Below are positions 39,964-42,501 of a stretch of DNA of 42,501 nt, one piece after another. Positions within the stretch are counted from its first letter, which is position 1; each line of letters begins with the position of its first letter. A program made the translations under genes and the position numbers. The notes beneath the pieces were generated by a model. The model searched no databases and was not told the origin of the DNA. It saw only the letters and a program-made list of their open reading frames with translations. This DNA is from a virus, in the IMG/VR virus record IMGVR_UViG_3300045988_049685, positions 1 through 42,501 of that record; one strand, written 5' to 3'.

Positions 39964-40256
39964 ATCGTGCCACCTCTTTCCGCTTTCCTGTCACGGTATC
40001 TCCTTTTGGCGGCTCTCTGAGCGTGGGCTTTTTGGCACTCCAAACTGCAATAGATTTTCTGCTTGATCTTGCCCTGCGTAAATTCCTTCCCGCACTGTGG
40101 GCAGATTTTGGAAATGCCCTGCGGGGCTTCCACGTCCTCCACATCGGCCTGAATCGGCGGGTGGTATCCGTGCATTGCCATGTACTTCCCGTATCTCGTC
40201 CCAGCCTTCTGGGCGGCTATGGAGCACAGGGTGAGATAGTCCGGCTTCTTGCTCAT
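39960..40256 (-). CDS. hypothetical zinc-ribbon protein
   Basis: 98 aa. CPQCG...CSLEC. ATGA overlap with the methyltransferase start. Confidence 0.65.
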   Translation of the reverse strand: MSKKPDYLTLCSIAAQKAGTRYGKYMAMHGYHPPIQADVEDVEAPQGISKICPQCGKEFTQGKIKQKIYCSLECQKAHAQRAAKRRYRDRKAERGGTM

Positions 40257-40414
40257 TGCTGTTGTGCCTCCCGTGGCAGTTTGATTTCTGCCCCATCGTG
40301 CAGATCGTCGCTATCCAGTGCATAGGTCACCATCGTCAGCCCGCTGCGTGTTTCCACTACGCCGTTCAGGAAACTGCAGCCCATACCATCGGGAATATCA
40401 AGTGTGATTTTCAT
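40253..40414 (-). CDS. hypothetical 53-aa protein (below the ORF-track cutoff)
   Basis: MKITLDIPDGMGCSFLNGVVETRSGLTMVTYALDSDDLHDGAEIKLPREAQQQ. GGAGAAA upstream. ATGA overlap with the next gene. Confidence 0.5.
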   Translation of the reverse strand: MKITLDIPDGMGCSFLNGVVETRSGLTMVTYALDSDDLHDGAEIKLPREAQQQ

Positions 40415-40787
40415 TCGATTTTCTCCTTTCTCCGTAGCTGCAAAAGTCGTTCATTTCCACGCAAACAGCCTCGCCCTTGTAGCCTCTGACATTTGGGTAA
40501 GGCTCGGTATGCAGCATACACATAGGGTTTTCGTCCCCCTGCCGGTGGATACAGTCTTTGCACCGAACTATGTGGAGCGTTTCAATGAACCCGTCTGCGA
40601 AACCAGCATCATACCCCGCCTTGTACTGCCCCCTATCATATTTCAGAGCTTTCAGAAGTTCTTCCCGATTCACCCGGATACCAATTTTTATAATTGCCTG
40701 TACTACGGCATCGCCGATAGCATCCTGAAAGTCGCTTAAATTCAAGCTGGCAGGTGGGGTGTAGCCGTTAAGTTCTTCCATTTTCAT
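40398..40787 (-). CDS. hypothetical protein with C-terminal RCKDCI...DFCSYGERR module
   Basis: Start moved to ATG 40787 (AAAGGAGG upstream). The C-terminal Cys module is paralogous to the next gene. Confidence 0.65.
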   Translation of the reverse strand: MKMEELNGYTPPASLNLSDFQDAIGDAVVQAIIKIGIRVNREELLKALKYDRGQYKAGYDAGFADGFIETLHIVRCKDCIHRQGDENPMCMLHTEPYPNVRGYKGEAVCVEMNDFCSYGERRKSNENHT

Positions 40788-41082
40788 CCTCCTTTCGCTC
40801 CCCATAACTGCAAAAATCATCGCCGTCTACCTCGTTAGGGGACATGCCCTGCTCATATTGCCAATGATAGCAATACCCAAATGGCGTTCCTCCTTTGTTG
40901 GTGGGGTGCTTGCCTATTTCCTCAAATGCAATGCAGTCCCGGCACCTTACCACGGGGACGGCATTTCTCCCCCGTTCCAACGCCTCCATGCCCATTCGGC
41001 AGGCTTCGTTCACCTCGTCCATGCCGTCGTAATGCTCCCGGTGTCCCGGGTCAAGAATTTCAATTGCTCGGTCAATCGTCAT
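40768..41082 (-). CDS. hypothetical protein with C-terminal RCRDCI...DFCSYGERK module
   Basis: 104-aa ORF that shares its Cys module with 40398-40787. Confidence 0.65.
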   Translation of the reverse strand: MTIDRAIEILDPGHREHYDGMDEVNEACRMGMEALERGRNAVPVVRCRDCIAFEEIGKHPTNKGGTPFGYCYHWQYEQGMSPNEVDGDDFCSYGERKEDENGRT

Positions 41083-41341
41083 CGCCCTTATCCTCCTTAT
41101 CCTCCAAGAGGTGCTGAACAGCGAGCGTGTTCAAAACGTGTGTAAATTCCAAAATATCCCAATTGTTATGGGTAATTCGCCCCGCAACAACGCGCATTGC
41201 GAACAGCATAGCGGTTAAATCCTCCGTGAAATCGCCGCCCAAATACATCTTTGGGAGTGCCGGTAGCTCACGATCTTCCTCATCTTTGTAAACGTCCGCT
41301 AACGCAGCTCCAAAAATTGATGTTTTCATAAACAAATCCAT
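41072..41341 (-). CDS. hypothetical acidic protein
   Basis: Start moved to ATG 41341 (GGAGGAG upstream). 89 aa. Confidence 0.6.
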   Translation of the reverse strand: MDLFMKTSIFGAALADVYKDEEDRELPALPKMYLGGDFTEDLTAMLFAMRVVAGRITHNNWDILEFTHVLNTLAVQHLLEDKEDKGDDD

Positions 41342-41343
41342 GA

Positions 41344-41688
41344 TTACTCCTCCAAACGCATTTTTGCACCGCAATGGCAATACGGATATCTCCGGCAAGC
41401 CTCGCCGTATTCTCCGGCTTCCAGCAGGTGGTGCAAGTCGATATTGTCTACCTTGCGCCCGCAGATGGAGCATTCCAGGCAGAGGGTCATTTCATCTGCA
41501 AGCCGGATATTCCAGTTCCCATGCCGCACCGGCTCCACGTCGGCGGCGGGAATTCCATCTATCACTTCCTGAATGTTTTTCATCCCAAAGCCCCAATCGC
41601 AGGCTCCGTCCGGGTAGCTTTCACATACATCCGCATCTGTATTTTCAAAGGCTTTTTGCGCCGCTTCCCGGCTTATGTAATCACTCAT
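41344..41688 (-). CDS. hypothetical Cys-rich protein
   Basis: 114 aa. CLECSICG...CHCG. Confidence 0.65.
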   Translation of the reverse strand: MSDYISREAAQKAFENTDADVCESYPDGACDWGFGMKNIQEVIDGIPAADVEPVRHGNWNIRLADEMTLCLECSICGRKVDNIDLHHLLEAGEYGEACRRYPYCHCGAKMRLEE

Positions 41689-41987
41689 TTCAATTCCTCC
41701 AAACTAATCTGCCCATCAATGGGCGTATTGTCGGCCTCTTTCCGCTTCCGTTCCGGGACGACTTCTCTCTCAAGGGGCTGGCGGCTTATTGCCCGATTGA
41801 ATGCCCCACAAGCCATCCATCGTCCCGCCCAGTCCGTCGCTTTACTATGGGTAAGCCCGTATACTTTGCATTTGCAAAGCACTTTATCGTGATACTTGCC
41901 CTTTATGAAGTTGCTACACTCCCGGCACGTATGCCCATCCAAAACGCCAAAAAAACGGTGCATCAGAGCAAGTTTACGTAAGGCCAT
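41685..41987 (-). CDS. hypothetical Cys-rich protein
   Basis: Start moved to ATG 41987 (GGAGGAA upstream). 100 aa. CRECSNF...CKCKV. Confidence 0.6.
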   Translation of the reverse strand: MALRKLALMHRFFGVLDGHTCRECSNFIKGKYHDKVLCKCKVYGLTHSKATDWAGRWMACGAFNRAISRQPLEREVVPERKRKEADNTPIDGQISLEELK

Positions 41988-42159
41988 TACTGTTCCTCCA
42001 CATAGCACCAACTCTGGGGCGGGCGTTTGATTTCAAAATGTGCCATTCAGGTTTCCCGCCGGACGGCTCCTGGATATCGCAGGAATATGCCTCATGCCCC
42101 CGCGCCCGGAACGCCTTGCACACGGTTTGCGATTCCTCGCAGGCTATCAGAACTTTCAT
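41974..42159 (-). CDS. 61-aa ORF resembling only the N-terminus of a longer phage protein family (possible truncation)
   Basis: Start at ATG 42159 (GGAGG upstream, ATGA overlap). MKVLIACEESQTVCKAFRARGHEAYSCDIQEPSGGKPEWHI resembles, from memory, the first ~45 aa of longer phage proteins that continue with a PPCT motif. Here the ORF ends early. Confidence 0.45.
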   Translation of the reverse strand: MKVLIACEESQTVCKAFRARGHEAYSCDIQEPSGGKPEWHILKSNARPRVGAMWRNSNGLT

Positions 42160-42501
42160 GGCTTTACCTCCGCAAACTCCCCGTTTTTCAGCGTGTACGG
42201 TGTATCCGCCTTGATTTTTTCGCCATCGACATACTCCGTTTTCACACATACCGGAACGTATCGTTGCTTTGCTCCATCGTATTTCCACTCTGCAAGTGTA
42301 ATCCAGCAGCCAATTGGCGCTTTTACCACAGAGCCATGTCCGGCGCAGCAAATCACGGAATCGTTTCCAGTGCAGTTAATCTGGGCGGAGTTCCCGGAAC
42401 TGCCAATCTGGGCGGAGTTCCCGGAACTGCCAATCCGGGCGTAGTCCCCGGAACTGCCAATCTGGGCGGAGTTCCCGGAACTGCCAATCTGGGCGGAGTT
42501 C
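42156..42501 (-). CDS. C-terminal part of the repeat-containing protein (continues from nt 1 across the window junction)
   Basis: The frame is open from 42501 through the 27-bp units into INCTGNDSVICCAGHGSVVKAPIGCWITLAEWKYDGAKQRYVPVCVKTEYVDGEKIKADTPYTLKNGEFAEVKP, ending at TGA 42156-42158. Confidence 0.85.
   Translation of the reverse strand, partial: NSAQIGSSGNSAQIGSSGDYARIGSSGNSAQIGSSGNSAQINCTGNDSVICCAGHGSVVKAPIGCWITLAEWKYDGAKQRYVPVCVKTEYVDGEKIKADTPYTLKNGEFAEVKP
42381..42501 (-). repeat. 27-bp coding tandem repeat (4 full units + 13 nt), same family and codon phase as nt 1-316
   Basis: Units start at 42381, 42408, 42435, 42462 and 42489. nt 42462-42501 are identical to nt 1-40. Confidence 0.95.

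Noticed and set aside
1-42501. Search for known defence or diversity systems (CRISPR-Cas, reverse transcriptase/DGR or retron, restriction enzymes, large ATPase-nuclease systems, transposases)
   Set aside because: Every ORF above about 250 aa is accounted for by virion, packaging, recombination or integration functions. The only methyltransferase is an orphan with no adjacent nuclease. No RT, cas or transposase motifs were seen.

Overview
The window reads as one complete, circularly permuted genome (about 42.46 kb unique) of a temperate siphovirus-type phage from a Gram-positive, Clostridia-like host. It is not ordinary chromosome. Host evidence: strong GGAGG ribosome-binding sites, an XhlA plus phiLC3-type holin lysis cassette, and a Cheo-type SOS box.

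The first 40 nt equal the last 40 nt. One gene, carrying a 27-bp coding tandem array, is split across the window ends.

Gene order on the minus strand, read across the junction:
- Early genes: HTH protein, YqaJ-like exonuclease, RecT, SSB, RusA, replisome organizer, G39P-like loader.
- The repeat protein, then small Cys-rich proteins and a DNA methyltransferase.
- TerS, then a 4.15-kb accessory island, then TerL.
- Portal, a tRNA-Asn plus a tRNA-like element, scaffold and major capsid.
- Connector genes, major tail protein, G/GT chaperones with a GGGAAAC -1 frameshift site, and the tape measure.
- Baseplate and fibre genes, endolysin, XhlA, holin and a small sigma-r4-like protein.
- A terminator-insulated three-gene cargo operon.

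The plus strand carries the lysogeny functions: a CI-like repressor with three operators, a DinD homolog, a membrane-anchored HTH protein, a tyrosine integrase, and an attP that mimics a tRNA 3' end.

Most interesting leads:
1. A perfect SOS box in front of a small HTH-less paralog of the repressor tail. This suggests an antirepressor induction circuit.
2. The self-contained, divergently promoted island between terS and terL. It has a truncated serine recombinase and paralogous 22-aa membrane peptides ending both arms.
3. A 12-copy octamer array next to terS.
4. The tRNA / tRNA-like / hairpin cluster in the head module.

All functional calls rest on motif recognition by eye. No database search was run.
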